64,000 nt of DNA from Bigelowiella natans CCMP2755. Taxonomy: Eukaryota; Protista; Cercozoa. The stretch is from NCBI GenBank assembly GCA_000320545.1, contig ADNK01000698.1:1-64000 (forward strand), read 5' to 3'. Positions 1 through 10,870 of the stretch are shown here, one piece after another. Each line of letters opens with the position of its first letter. The stretch's first letter is position 1. Under the pieces are notes generated by a model that worked only from the letters and a program-made list of their open reading frames with translations, searched no databases and was not told where the DNA came from. Made by a program: the position numbers and the translations under genes.

Positions 1-94
1 TCGGCCCGACGAACTCCCCATTCCAGTCTGCTTCCCTATATTATTGGTCATCACTACTGATATACTACCACAGTATATCATCGTTATCACCACC

Positions 95-128
<34 letters not shown>

Positions 129-817
129 TAATCATTCAATAGTTGTTTCCCCTGTGGCGTGAGTTGGCTGCGCAACGAAGCGAGCGAGGTGTCCAAGTCG
201 TTTTGGCTGCTGCTGCTACTTCTGCTACTTCTGCTATCGGAATTACCTATCTCCGTGAAGATTTGTTTTAATACTTCTTGATCCATCGTCATCTCCAAGC
301 CCTACACACACACGCACACACGCACACACAAACAACCACACCAGAAAGCACCCAATCATCACCGTACTCCTCCCCCTTCTTCCATCACTCCGCACCTGTA
401 GTATCTCCCCTGCAAGCTCCACGGCCTCATCAAACCCCCCGCGTCCTCCGTACGCTGATAGAGAGAAGGAGGGGGATATGCGTTACGTGCACAGATGGCA
501 ATGAGAAAGACGGAGAGGCATGACTGACCGGTGTCTAACGTAGCAACAACAGCTTTCTTAATACGTGGATCTAGGAGATCGCCGTCCCGCAGCTCATTCT
601 TAAGGTCTGATCGAGGTATTCGGTGGGAAGATCGATGGCGACAGGGGGCAAGTATACAGGGGAGGTGAGAGAGGGGTTTCTGTGTCTCGCGCCGTTGTCC
701 TTGAATCTTTTCCCCGATTGATTCCCAATTCACTTCGGTCAATCCGGAATGACGAACCGAACCCTCCCCCACGAGCATAGCACCGATTTCAACCTCACCC
801 TATTCTTCCCTCTCCCT

Positions 818-876
<59 letters not shown>

Positions 877-2399
877 AAAAGTATGTTGATTCCTCACACA
901 GTACGCAGCAGCACCCATCCCCACACCCCATTCCCCAACCGATCCCATCAAATCGGAATGCTGGTCAATACCGGCAGGGCCAGCGAGGATGATGCCCTTC
1001 GTGTTGACGACGTTATCGGTTATATAGCACTGTGTGGCGGCCTGTTCGATGTGTGTGTGTGTGTGTGGTGGGGCAGATGCAAATAGGCCAAAGGCCCACA
1101 TGCGCGCACAGGCACACGCAGCGTATATGGCACACGATTAGCACCAAATTGGCATGGGCGTTCATCTACATCGATTTATCGATAATACTACACTAGATAT
1201 CCAAGCTTTTGTTGGCTGCTACACCGCGCAATGGCGTATCTACCTCTGCAACCTTGACGAGATACGCATGGCGCTTTTCCAATCTCAGCCTGGCGAATCG
1301 CACTGCACTCTGACCCCCTAGAATAGTATACAGGAGAGAGCACCAACAACCAACGACAGAAACAAAAAGGGGGGAGGAAAGCGGATTAACAGTTGGAGAG
1401 GAGGAAACAGCGCAAGCTGTTCTTTTTCGTACATTTTCCTTCTCCTTCTCCTTCTTCTTCTTCTTCTTCTCTACTACTACCCCTACTTAAAGCAGCATGT
1501 ACATTCAATGAAAATCGCGTCTGCGGTCTAATTTATATCTATTCCTAACGCTGGCTGCTACTGGCTGAACGCAACCTCTTCCGTGCTTTTTAGGAAGGTC
1601 CACTGAAAACGTGTGCAGGACCTGGAATGTGGAAAGAGTCGCTGATAAAGAACAAAGCAACACCTACGACGCTGATGGCGATGTCGATGCTGGTGCTAAT
1701 GGAGAGCCGGATGATCGATTGCTTACCTCTCGTGATTGGCCATTGAGAACTCCAAACACGACTTCTGTGCCTACATCAGAGGAGCGGCTTTATCGTCGAG
1801 GAGGACAGTTTGTTTTCTTCATGGGAAGTTATAGTTTTTATTTTCATCCCACCTCCCCCCTTTAACTACGTGTGTATGCGTACACTCGAGAGAGCTTGAG
1901 CAGGATGCTTTTTCATATAGTAATAGTAGTAGTAGTAGTAGTAGTAGTAGTCGTTGTTGTTGTTGTATTAGTAGTGTAGATGAAGTAGTAGTGTTGGTTG
2001 ATAGAAGGGTACCAGAAACGATGACCACGCCATACTTGTTGTCCACCTAAGGTACCGAAAGTCAGCGACGTACGACTCAGCAGCAGTAACAAATTCAACT
2101 GTATTAATACGAGCACAAGACAATCAGTAGACCGCCTTCTTATCACTTCTCCTTCTTCTTCTTCTTCTTCTTCGGTGCATCGTGCCGATTGAGCAAATCA
2201 AGCTAATGGTGCTTACTAATACGAATGTCATCTCTTGCGTGCTTCATGATGGTTACCTGAAGGATCTCCTCCAACGCCTCGACATGAAAACGATTATCGC
2301 ATAAGTACAGCCCTATAGGGGGGGGGGGAGGGACAGGATATATCGATAGAGGGTGGTTTCAATACAATAAATTGTCACAAAGATCCGCAGCAGCATTGC

Positions 2400-2434
<35 letters not shown>

Positions 2435-3986
2435 AAATACGATAGTAACACAAGAGAGATGACTCTCAACCACCTCCCATCCCCCCCCTCCCAACACAAA
2501 TGTAACAAACTGACCGCTTTTAAGTGGTCGTGGAGGCTCAAAGGACAAGCTGCGGAAATTACGGAATTAAGAACCAACGACGGATATCATTACGAGTGGC
2601 GAGATGAGCAAACATCTAAAATGTCATCTTGAGATCAGATGCGGAAACTTGCGCAAAAACTGCTGAATTATGCTATGCGACGCAGCATGAAATCATCCGG
2701 TGTAGGCAGTGGTCTTATTTTGCCCTTGAAACAACACATATAGCGCAGGAACGACGAGTGGAGAAGGAGTGATGACTCCCGAAGGAAGATTATTGTACGT
2801 TAGATGCTTCTGTTGTCCTTCGTCGATCACATTTCCTGGATATTTATAATGTGAAAAGACGTTTATGAACGCCGTAGAACCACGAGGGAATTTGGCCACA
2901 TCGAAGGGCGTTAAAAACTCACCATCCTCACCGGTACAACCATTTACGATGAAGCCAATGAGGATATATTCTCTTATTATATATCGAAGGAAAAGGTGTA
3001 TACATAATATAATCGTATATACTGGATGTATTCCTACTGCTCTTCTCTCTCGATGGCATTTCTTTTCGGTGATTTTATTCTCTCATGAATTACCGCAGAA
3101 AACGCATAGACCGTTGGGAGGGACTCTGCGAATTAAACGGCAACGAAGTGGGGATCAAGACAAATCATTACAAACGCTCTCTTGTTCAGTCCATGGGATG
3201 TGGCTCTAACAATACAATATCTTCTTGTTCAGTCCATGGGATGTGGCTCTAACAATACAATATCTTATCCTTCCTTTGCCAGGAAGAAACATGGGCGCAA
3301 GCCTGCTGCTGACCCGAACTACGGTGCGTGTGTGTGCTCTTTGTTTTTGGAGAGCAGACGTACGTTTTGTACAGCTTTAGTCGGCTCTGACAGCTCGTGA
3401 TAGCCTAGATGATCAAATATATGCAAAGGAGACGATTCATCTCACGACAGCATTGCCTCCCCTCTCCTCGATGCGGTTTTTGTAGCAGAAACCGTTGTAG
3501 GGCAGTTGGCATGAAGAACTTACAACTACACAGTACTACTACAACTGCAGCAAGTACTACTGCTACTACTACTACTACTACTACTACTACAAGAGCTAAT
3601 ACCATTGCTAGACTACTCACCTGCTGAACGGAAGCTCGGTTGACTCTCGACTTAATATTGACCGCAGTACCTGGTAGAAACAGCCATTAAATACCAACGT
3701 TGAATGATAAATCATGATGGTGATGACGATGATGATGATGATGGTAGTTGTCTCGCACCACGAATGATATTCTCTAAGTGACAGTAATTCAGAATAATGC
3801 AGTTAGTGCTGCTGAGCTGATCGCATTAAGAAATCTATCTGTTAGACTTTGCAAAAAGAAATAAATCAAACATAGCTCGTCGTCCATTATCTATCGATAC
3901 GTCAGTATGTTCGGACCATATTCCTGCAAGAGTAGCGTTTGTGCCTGGTGAATCGCATCCTAGAAAGACACAGGAGGGAAGGATAA

Positions 3987-4028
<42 letters not shown>

Positions 4029-4800
4029 TTCTTCCTCGTCATCTTCTTAGTCTTCTTCCTCTTCCTCTTCTCTTTCTTCAAATATTGTTTCTCGCAAATT
4101 TGGACTTCGGGGAGGGAGGAATGAGCAAACGTCAAGCTCACGTACCCCTGGTTTGATGAGGAGCGTGATCATACTGGTGCCATCGCCTTTTGCCTGGACG
4201 ACGTGTGGAAAAACATGAGGCCGTCGCATGTTGGCCGAGCGAACCAACCTCACCCTCCCACCCTTCTGTCTCTTCATGCGTGCGGTGCATGTGCGGATGT
4301 ATGCTTGGCTTTTCCGTGATGGGTTCTACGACGTAAAACCTTCGCCAGCTGCTCGACCCTTTTCTTGTGCATCCAGATCTCTGCCTGTGTCATTTGGTTC
4401 CTGCAGGGAGGGGAGAGGGGAGCGTGAGGAGAGGGGTGGTGAGGCGAGTCCCCGTATGATTTCGAAGAAGGAGGATGACAAAATAGGCAGTAAGGAAGAA
4501 ACAACGCAGTTCTTAGGTCATATCGACTTTGCAAACTTATTAACATGTGAAGAGGTCATGTCATATCGGTTTTCTGGCATTATTATTATACGGCATCTAC
4601 AATCTAATATGTAACAGAGAACGACAACCCAGTGGAAGCTGCGCTTTTAGTTTCCTTTCCTCCCCTTAGTAGCTTCAACGCATCATAGCTTCCCACACGT
4701 TTCTCTAAGTAAAGATGCGGGGAACGGCCATGGGATGGGGGTGGGTGAAGCTCTTCGGAGGTAGTAACTCGGTGCATGCTACTCTTTGTTCCTCGGACAT
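1..4800 (-). CDS. eRF1: Divergent eukaryotic release factor 1 (eRF1)-like protein, multi-exon, 3' end runs off the window
   Basis: Hand-spliced GT-AG exons give MSEEQR|[15 protein letters not shown]|[16 protein letters not shown]|[15 protein letters not shown]|[16 protein letters not shown]|[13 protein letters not shown]|[11 protein letters not shown]|[12 protein letters not shown]|[12 protein letters not shown]|[18 protein letters not shown]|...[10 protein letters not shown]|[24 protein letters not shown]|...GIILAGPA|DLKNEL. The GTS, NIKS, YxCxxxF and GGQ motifs are all present. The start ATG at 4800 is inferred. Confidence 0.93.
3181..3266. repeat. Perfect 43-bp tandem duplication in an eRF1 intron
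   Basis: cttgttcagtccatgggatgtggctctaacaatacaatatctt occurs at 3181-3223 and again at 3224-3266. Confidence 0.95.
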
Positions 4801-5106
4801 TGCCGCTGTACTCCCTTCGATCAGCTCCTGAAAAAAGCATCCATTACCTCTTGGACTTCAACGTGCACACACATGTTTTCTATTTTTGAACAGAGAGGGG
4901 GGGCACAGTATCTCTTCACCTGATAGAGAAACGCACGCCCAGATCGAAAGGACTAGCAGCTCCCCCCCTACAAACCCAACCTTCCTGCCACAGCGGGGTG
5001 GTGATTCCCGGTGCATTCTGAGATGAACGGGGGGGGGGGGGGAGAGTAGGAAGCGGGACTCGGTACTGAAAGGGAAATCACTGCAACACGCGGGGGGTGC
5101 GGCGCA

Positions 5107-8100
5107 ATGATTCCATCAATCGAAGTTGGGGTTGCGCATGTTGGCTGCGGTCGTCCATCTGACCAGCATGTGTTTCCATATCGACAGCCGTTGATCGCTT
5201 TTAAGAAATTCCTTAAAAAAACGTTGTCGCACCCTCGGAATGGATTCGAATTTCCCCTTATTGGCCAACGGAATGCTCACTTGCTGCTCATAAAAGGAAG
5301 GAGTGCTGTACAAGAGTACGAAGCAGCAGCCTCATCGATGCCTTCCCCCCCCCGCCGGATGAGTTCTTCGAAGGAAGAAGACGTTGGAAGACGACAAGGC
5401 GCAAAGGTCATGCTGAAAAGCTTGATAGATGAGCATTCAATTAAACATTCAACCCGTTTAGCAAATGACTTATTGATTTATGTTACGTATTCATCGTTTA
5501 TATGCTAATTTAAAAGAATGGTTCTATCAGAATATTTGTAAGGCAGCTGTCCAAAGCATCGTCGATAAAATGTTCGTGGTGATTAGGGAGAAGAAAAAGA
5601 AGAAAATCTACAAGCAGCAGAATCGAAAGTATTTGTGGATAATAGTGCATTAGTAACTAACATTAAACATTATCACCATTATAATTTCTTATCTTATCAG
5701 TAGCAACAGGATACATATTACGCCTTCATAATACTCTGTTTTATTTGCCATTCCATTTGCTCCTCCTTCGTCGTTCTGTGTGGTTGCTGCTTCTTTGAAT
5801 TTTTAGCCTAGTAATGGCAAATATGCGTAAGCTTTGGAAAGTGGGAAAGAAGCAGCAACAGGAGGAGGAAAAACCATCAACAAAAAGGGCACATCCCAAG
5901 CCATCCTTGCCGTCATCATCATCGCCGTCGTCGTCATCATTATCGTCATCATCGTCCTCTGATCCCCGTCTTGCAGAGTACGTTATGCGTAATCTTCAGG
6001 AGAAGAAACATCATTTATATTAGAAATAAAATGACTGCCTCTACCCTTCTCTTTTTCCTATTTCCACAAGTTGTAGGTTGTAGGTATATCATACATAGAT
6101 CAAGGTGTATATTTCATAAAATGAACAATAATACTGATAATAAAATTAACATCAATAAGGTATATGACAGCGATGAAGAAGGCTGTGACTATTGCCCGTA
6201 TTGATGAGCTTCAATCGCAAATCAGGAAAATGAAAGAGCTCAATGATCAATTTATTAGACAGGTAATATTACTCCGTTGTTGTCGCTGATGATGCGGTAA
6301 GTTAATCACAATCCCTTTGTAATCATCTTATCATCGTCATCATGACTCTCCTCATGTATTTCTAATTTTTTGCAATAATGATGTTGTTACGTATCATCAT
6401 CCCTCAATCAGGCCAATAATAATGATGTTGTTGTGTATCATCATCCCTCAATCAGGCCGAAGAGCGATCTGAAACTGTTGGTAAATTAGTTAAGTACCAA
6501 CAGCGCCTACTACTACGAGAGAAAGACGGTGCAGGAGGAGAAGGAAGAGGAGGAAGACGAATAAGAAGAAGAGAGGCGGCAACTACGGAGTCCTCCTCCT
6601 CTTCCTCTTCCTCCTTATCCCCATCATTCAGTATTGACAAGTTCATGGTCGAAGTAGATGATCTTACCTCCTACATGGCATGGGTTAACTATCATCATAA
6701 AAACATCATAATAACAATAATAACAACAATTACAACAGCAAGAATAGCTAGTGGCTAAATATTTGTCTGATTAGAACTTACCATATATCTGTCTGCATCA
6801 TCGTCATCGTCCAAGTAGTTGTCTCCTACATGCTCTTTTTGTTGAGGGAGTAGCATGGTGACGCATGATTCGATTAGCTCAAACCGCAATTGGCAACTTC
6901 GAACTCCCGCTTGTCTCTCCCCCCTTTTTTCCTTATCTACGAGCGCCACATCATCGTCATGGTCACCATGCATTGTCCCCGTTGCTGTTGCGTTCCTAAA
7001 CTCACAATGCCACATTGTGCGTTTTGGACTACTACTCAGGGGATGGGAAGGAAGAGGAAGAGTGCTAGGAGCATTGCTGTACAAGAGTACGAAGCAGCAG
7101 CCTCATCGATGCCCCCCCTCCCGCGCCGGATGAGTTCTTCGAAGGAAGAAGACGTTGGAAGACGACAAGGCGCAAAGGTCATACTGAAGAGCTTGAGTGA
7201 GTAGCATGGTGACGCATGATTCGATTAGCTCAAACCGCAATTGGCAACTTCGAACCCCCGCTTCTCTCTCCCCCCTTTTTTCCTTATCTACGAGCGCCAC
7301 ATCATCGTCATGGTCGTCAACGACATGGTCACCATGCATTGTCCCCGTTGCTGTTGTGTTAGCGCAAGTCCCTGCCCTCTCTACATCGCGAGGTCATCGA
7401 TCTGACCAAGGCGGACAAGAGGAGAGAGAAAAGACAAAGAAAAGAAAGGAACCTTTCCGAACGAAGCGGAGCAAATGCAGGGAAAAATGAACGGAAGAAG
7501 GAATTGTGCGAGGAATTTCTCGAGCGTGGAAAGTGCTCATCGGGGCCTTGGTGTCCCTTTGCCCATCCCCCAAATCTCAAGGTTCTCATGCAAAAAGGAG
7601 CCTTCTTGTGAGTGAGAAGCCATGTAGTTCCTGCAACAGCGCGTTGTTCGATGTTTAGTGTTCAATGAAATTGATTTGTAGGGAAAGACTGTAGAATGTT
7701 GGAGTTAGGCTCTGGATGTGATTCCCTTGAATCGTCTCTTCTCTTCTTCCTGAACTCACAATGCCACATCATGCGTTTTGAACCACTACTCAGGGGGTGG
7801 GAAGGAAGAGGAAGAGTGCTAGGAAAATGCTGGACACGTATCCAGCAGAGGAAAAACGCCATTGCCCGCACAAAAGGTGTGCTCCTGTCATCATTCTCTG
7901 TTCTTCTCTCTCTTCGTTTGCCTTTCGTCCCACGATGCGAATGATGAGCACACGGCTGTGACATGGCAGGCGTTCAAACGAGGTTTAGCCGATTTGAGCA
8001 GTTGCGTCGTGTGCAAGGATGCGTTGGTACTGGACGCAGCGACAGCTCTCACCAGCAGGAGTCTCATCTCCATGCGGAACCCAGCAAACATCCATGTGCC

Positions 8101-8206
8101 CAACCCGTGCGATGATGCACACCGCGCTCTCAGTTCTTCAGGTTAATGATTTGAATGCTTTGCAATCGTCTGTGTGCCACTACCACTACCACTACGACTA
8201 CTACTA

Positions 8207-8240
<34 letters not shown>

Positions 8241-8409
8241 GACCACTATTACTACGACTACCACTACTACGACTACTACGACGACTACTACTACTACTAC
8301 TGCTACTACGACGACCACCACTACTACTACGACTACTACGACGACTACTACTACTACTACTGCTACTACGACGACCACCACTACTACTACGACTACTACT
8401 GCTACTGCG

Positions 8410-8442
<33 letters not shown>

Positions 8443-8541
8443 GCTACTACTGTTACTACTACTACTACTGCTACTACTGCTACTACGACTACTACTGCTA
8501 CTACTACTACGACTACTACGACGACTACTGCTACTACTACG

Positions 8542-8575
<34 letters not shown>

Positions 8576-9684
8576 TAACAACTACGAACCAGATGTTGTT
8601 TTCAATTTGGCTAGGTGTTTGCACAGCACACCATTGCTCTCTTTCTGAATTTCTCTCCAAATGTGCCGATGGAGCTGGGCCTCGGCGATTTGGGACGATC
8701 TATCTCGACTACTGCAGCAACATGAAAAGCAGAAGGGTGAGTGCACACGAGTGCATTAACAACACTAGAGAGCATGTAGTATGTTTACGAAATGGTGTTA
8801 CGGTGGTGGTGGCATTGGCCACAACGATGAATGATGACAATGTCCAAATTGTAACGCCTTCTCTCACAACGGTTCCGATTGCAATTTTCCTTTCCAAAAA
8901 TTTTTCCAGCAAATTGCACCACTACTTTTTCTGGCCAAATGAACTCCTGATGTCTTTCCTGTCCATGCCGCTGCGGTCTGCTGCATTTTGACAAAATAGT
9001 TTAGCACCACTCCTGAGGAGGACCTCAAGAAGCTCTTCTCTCTAGAGCTGCTGTCGCCTGAAGGTTGCGTCTTGGCCATCACATTGTTGAAGCCTCCCGA
9101 TGATGCTTACTACGAGGTGAGAGGGGGACACATGCAGCATGCATGTGGGGATGTTTGTCATTGGAGTTTTGTGTGGATTGATCTAGGCAGACAATCTGTC
9201 ATGGGAAGATGGTTGTTTCTGTTGCTAGTCAGTGTAGACAGAGACATGGAACATGGTTAGACGTAGATGGACAAAAGACAAATAGACACATGAGATGACA
9301 GACAAAGGATGCACATGAGAGGATGGACCTACGTTGACGGTTCATTTCTGAATCGTTTTTGTGAAGCTCTAACTTGGAGAGCGTTTCTCCGTGTTAATCG
9401 TCCAAATCCATCTTAGCTAGGTAGCTAAGACTGATCATTTCATCACTTCGGACATATCAGAGCCAGTTCTGCAAGCTGAGAAACCTTTTGACAATTCTGT
9501 GCGTGGAGCACAAGCTTGCTTTCCTCGTGCACGATGTCCACAACAGGTGGTGGTGCTCTTTCTTCTCCCATTTTTCCATCGACGACTCTCAATCCATTGC
9601 TTGTCTTTTCCAATCACTTTCCAACACATTGGAGGTTCGATCCCTGGCTGCTGCTTTCGATCACTCATTCTTGTTCTCGATGTG

Positions 9685-9719
<35 letters not shown>

Positions 9720-10870
9720 AGCAGTGGTGGTGGTAGTAGCAGTCGTCGAAGTAGTCGTAGTAGTAGCAGTGGTAGTAGTCATAGTAGTAGTCGTCGTAGT
9801 AGCAGTGGTAGTAGTAATGGCCGTAGCAGTAGTCATAGTAGTAGTAGTAGTCGTAGTAGTAGTCGTAGTAGTAGTAGTAGTAGTAGTAGTCGTCGTAGTA
9901 GTCGTAGTAGTAGTAGCAGTGTTCGTAGTAGTAGTAGTCATATTAGTAGTAGTAGTCGTAGTAGTAGTAGTAGTAGTAGTAGTAGCAGTCGCAGTCGTAG
10001 TGTAGTAGTAGCAGTCGTAGTAGTAGTGGTAGTCGTCGTAGCAGTAGCAGTCGTGGTAGTAGTAGTAGTCGTAGTAGTAGTAGTAGTAGTATTAGTAGTA
10101 GCAGTAGTAGTAGTAGTCGTAGTAGTGGTAGTAGTCGTCGCAGTAGCAGAAGAAGTGGTAGTAGTGGTAGTCGTAGTAGCAGTGGTAGTGGGTAGTAGCA
10201 GCAGTCGTGGTAGTAGCAGTAGTCGTCGTAGTAATAGCAGCAGTAGTGGTAGCAGTAGCAGTCGTAGCAGTAGCAGTTGTCGTCGTAGCAGTGGTAGTGG
10301 TAGTGGTAGCAGTAGTCGTAGTTGTAGTCGTAGTCGTGGTGGCAGTAGTCGTAGTGCACTTGCCACCAGCACCATCATCGCACTTTCACTCCTCCTCTCC
10401 TCCTTCCATCTCCATCTCCTCCCACTGCTCTGCTGCTGCCACTGCTGCTACTGGCACTGATGCTGCTGCTGATGCTGGCTGCTGCTCCTGTTGCTGCTGC
10501 TACCACCACTGCCACTTGTGCCCGATCCTGTTTCTGCAGGTACGGCGACTTCTTGACAGAGTTTTACATCATCGGAACTCAGGATTCAGTGGGAAAGCTT
10601 GTTGCGCAAAGAAGAAAGAGAGGGCAAAGAAAAAAAAGTGGGCAAAGAAGAAAAAGAGGGCAAAGAAGAAAAAGAAGAAGACAGTCACCTACCAACGCTC
10701 AAAGTCAAAACGTTGGCAGCACGCACAAACCTCGGCGGAGCGAATCTGCCCACATCGCTTCTCCTTCCAAAAAGAAGAAGACGCCCCCCCCTGTCCCCGT
10801 CCGCATGGAATCTCTGCTGAGGGGAGTCCGCTTCCAAGTGAAGAACAACATCGGTGTCGCTGATCGTTGA
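5107..10870 (+). CDS. Multi-exon protein: coiled-coil region, CCCH zinc finger, putative Rossmann-fold methyltransferase-like domain, basic C-terminal tail
   Basis: Exons include NICKAAVQSIVDKMFVVIREKKKKK (~5531) and YMTAMKKAVTIARIDELQSQIRKMKELNDQ (~6160). CEEFLERGKCSSGPWCPFAH is a C-x8-C-x5-C-x3-H finger (~7507-7566). Then DALVLDAATALTSRSL..IHVPNP (~8020-8105), FGTIYLDYCS (~8690), PEEDLKKLFSLELLSPEGCVLAITL (~9010) and YGDFLTEFYIIG...VADR-TGA (10540-10870). The start codon and the ~7875-7970 junction are uncertain. Confidence 0.7.
6374..6458 (+). repeat. ~44-bp tandem duplication spanning a splice acceptor
   Basis: aataatgatgttgtt(ac/gt)gtatcatcatccctcaatcaggcc occurs twice, and each copy ends in cag|GCC. 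Confidence 0.9.
6842..7196 (+). repeat. Mosaic of three locally duplicated segments
   Basis: 6842-6990 matches ~7193-7356; ~6993-7070 matches ~7747-7824; 7075-7196 matches 5304-5425. Confidence 0.92.
8178..8585 (+). repeat. Degenerate intronic (TAC)n array with a 60-nt higher-order repeat
   Basis: Units are TAC with GAC, CAC and TGC variants. 8281-8340 is repeated almost exactly at 8341-8400. Confidence 0.95.
9718..10354 (+). repeat. Degenerate intronic (GTA)n array, reverse complement of the 8178-8585 array
   Basis: Units are GTA with GTC, GTG and GCA variants, the reverse complements of GAC, CAC and TGC. Confidence 0.95.

Noticed and set aside
1-4800. Variant genetic code implied by the divergent eRF1
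   Set aside because: Genes here end in TAA (ACBP, RNPS1), TAG (CPOX, SDR, KH, myosin) and TGA (IP3R, CCCH gene), and no in-frame stops were needed in the conserved exons read.
4828-4847. Possible 20-nt nucleomorph-sized intron (gtaatggatgcttttttcag) extending eRF1 to an ATG at 4874
   Set aside because: MSEEQR at 4800 already matches a normal eRF1 start, and other introns here are far longer. It is unsupported without transcripts.
5426-6841. 1.4-kb insertion with an apparent TTGA target-site duplication
   Set aside because: It has no convincing terminal repeats and contains in-frame host exons. TTGA is better read as junction microhomology.
8019-10460. Long poly-Thr/Val/Tyr/Leu/Ser ORFs on both strands (mucin-like)
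   Set aside because: They are translations of intronic (TAC)n/(GTA)n arrays. The real exons splice around them at GT-AG sites.
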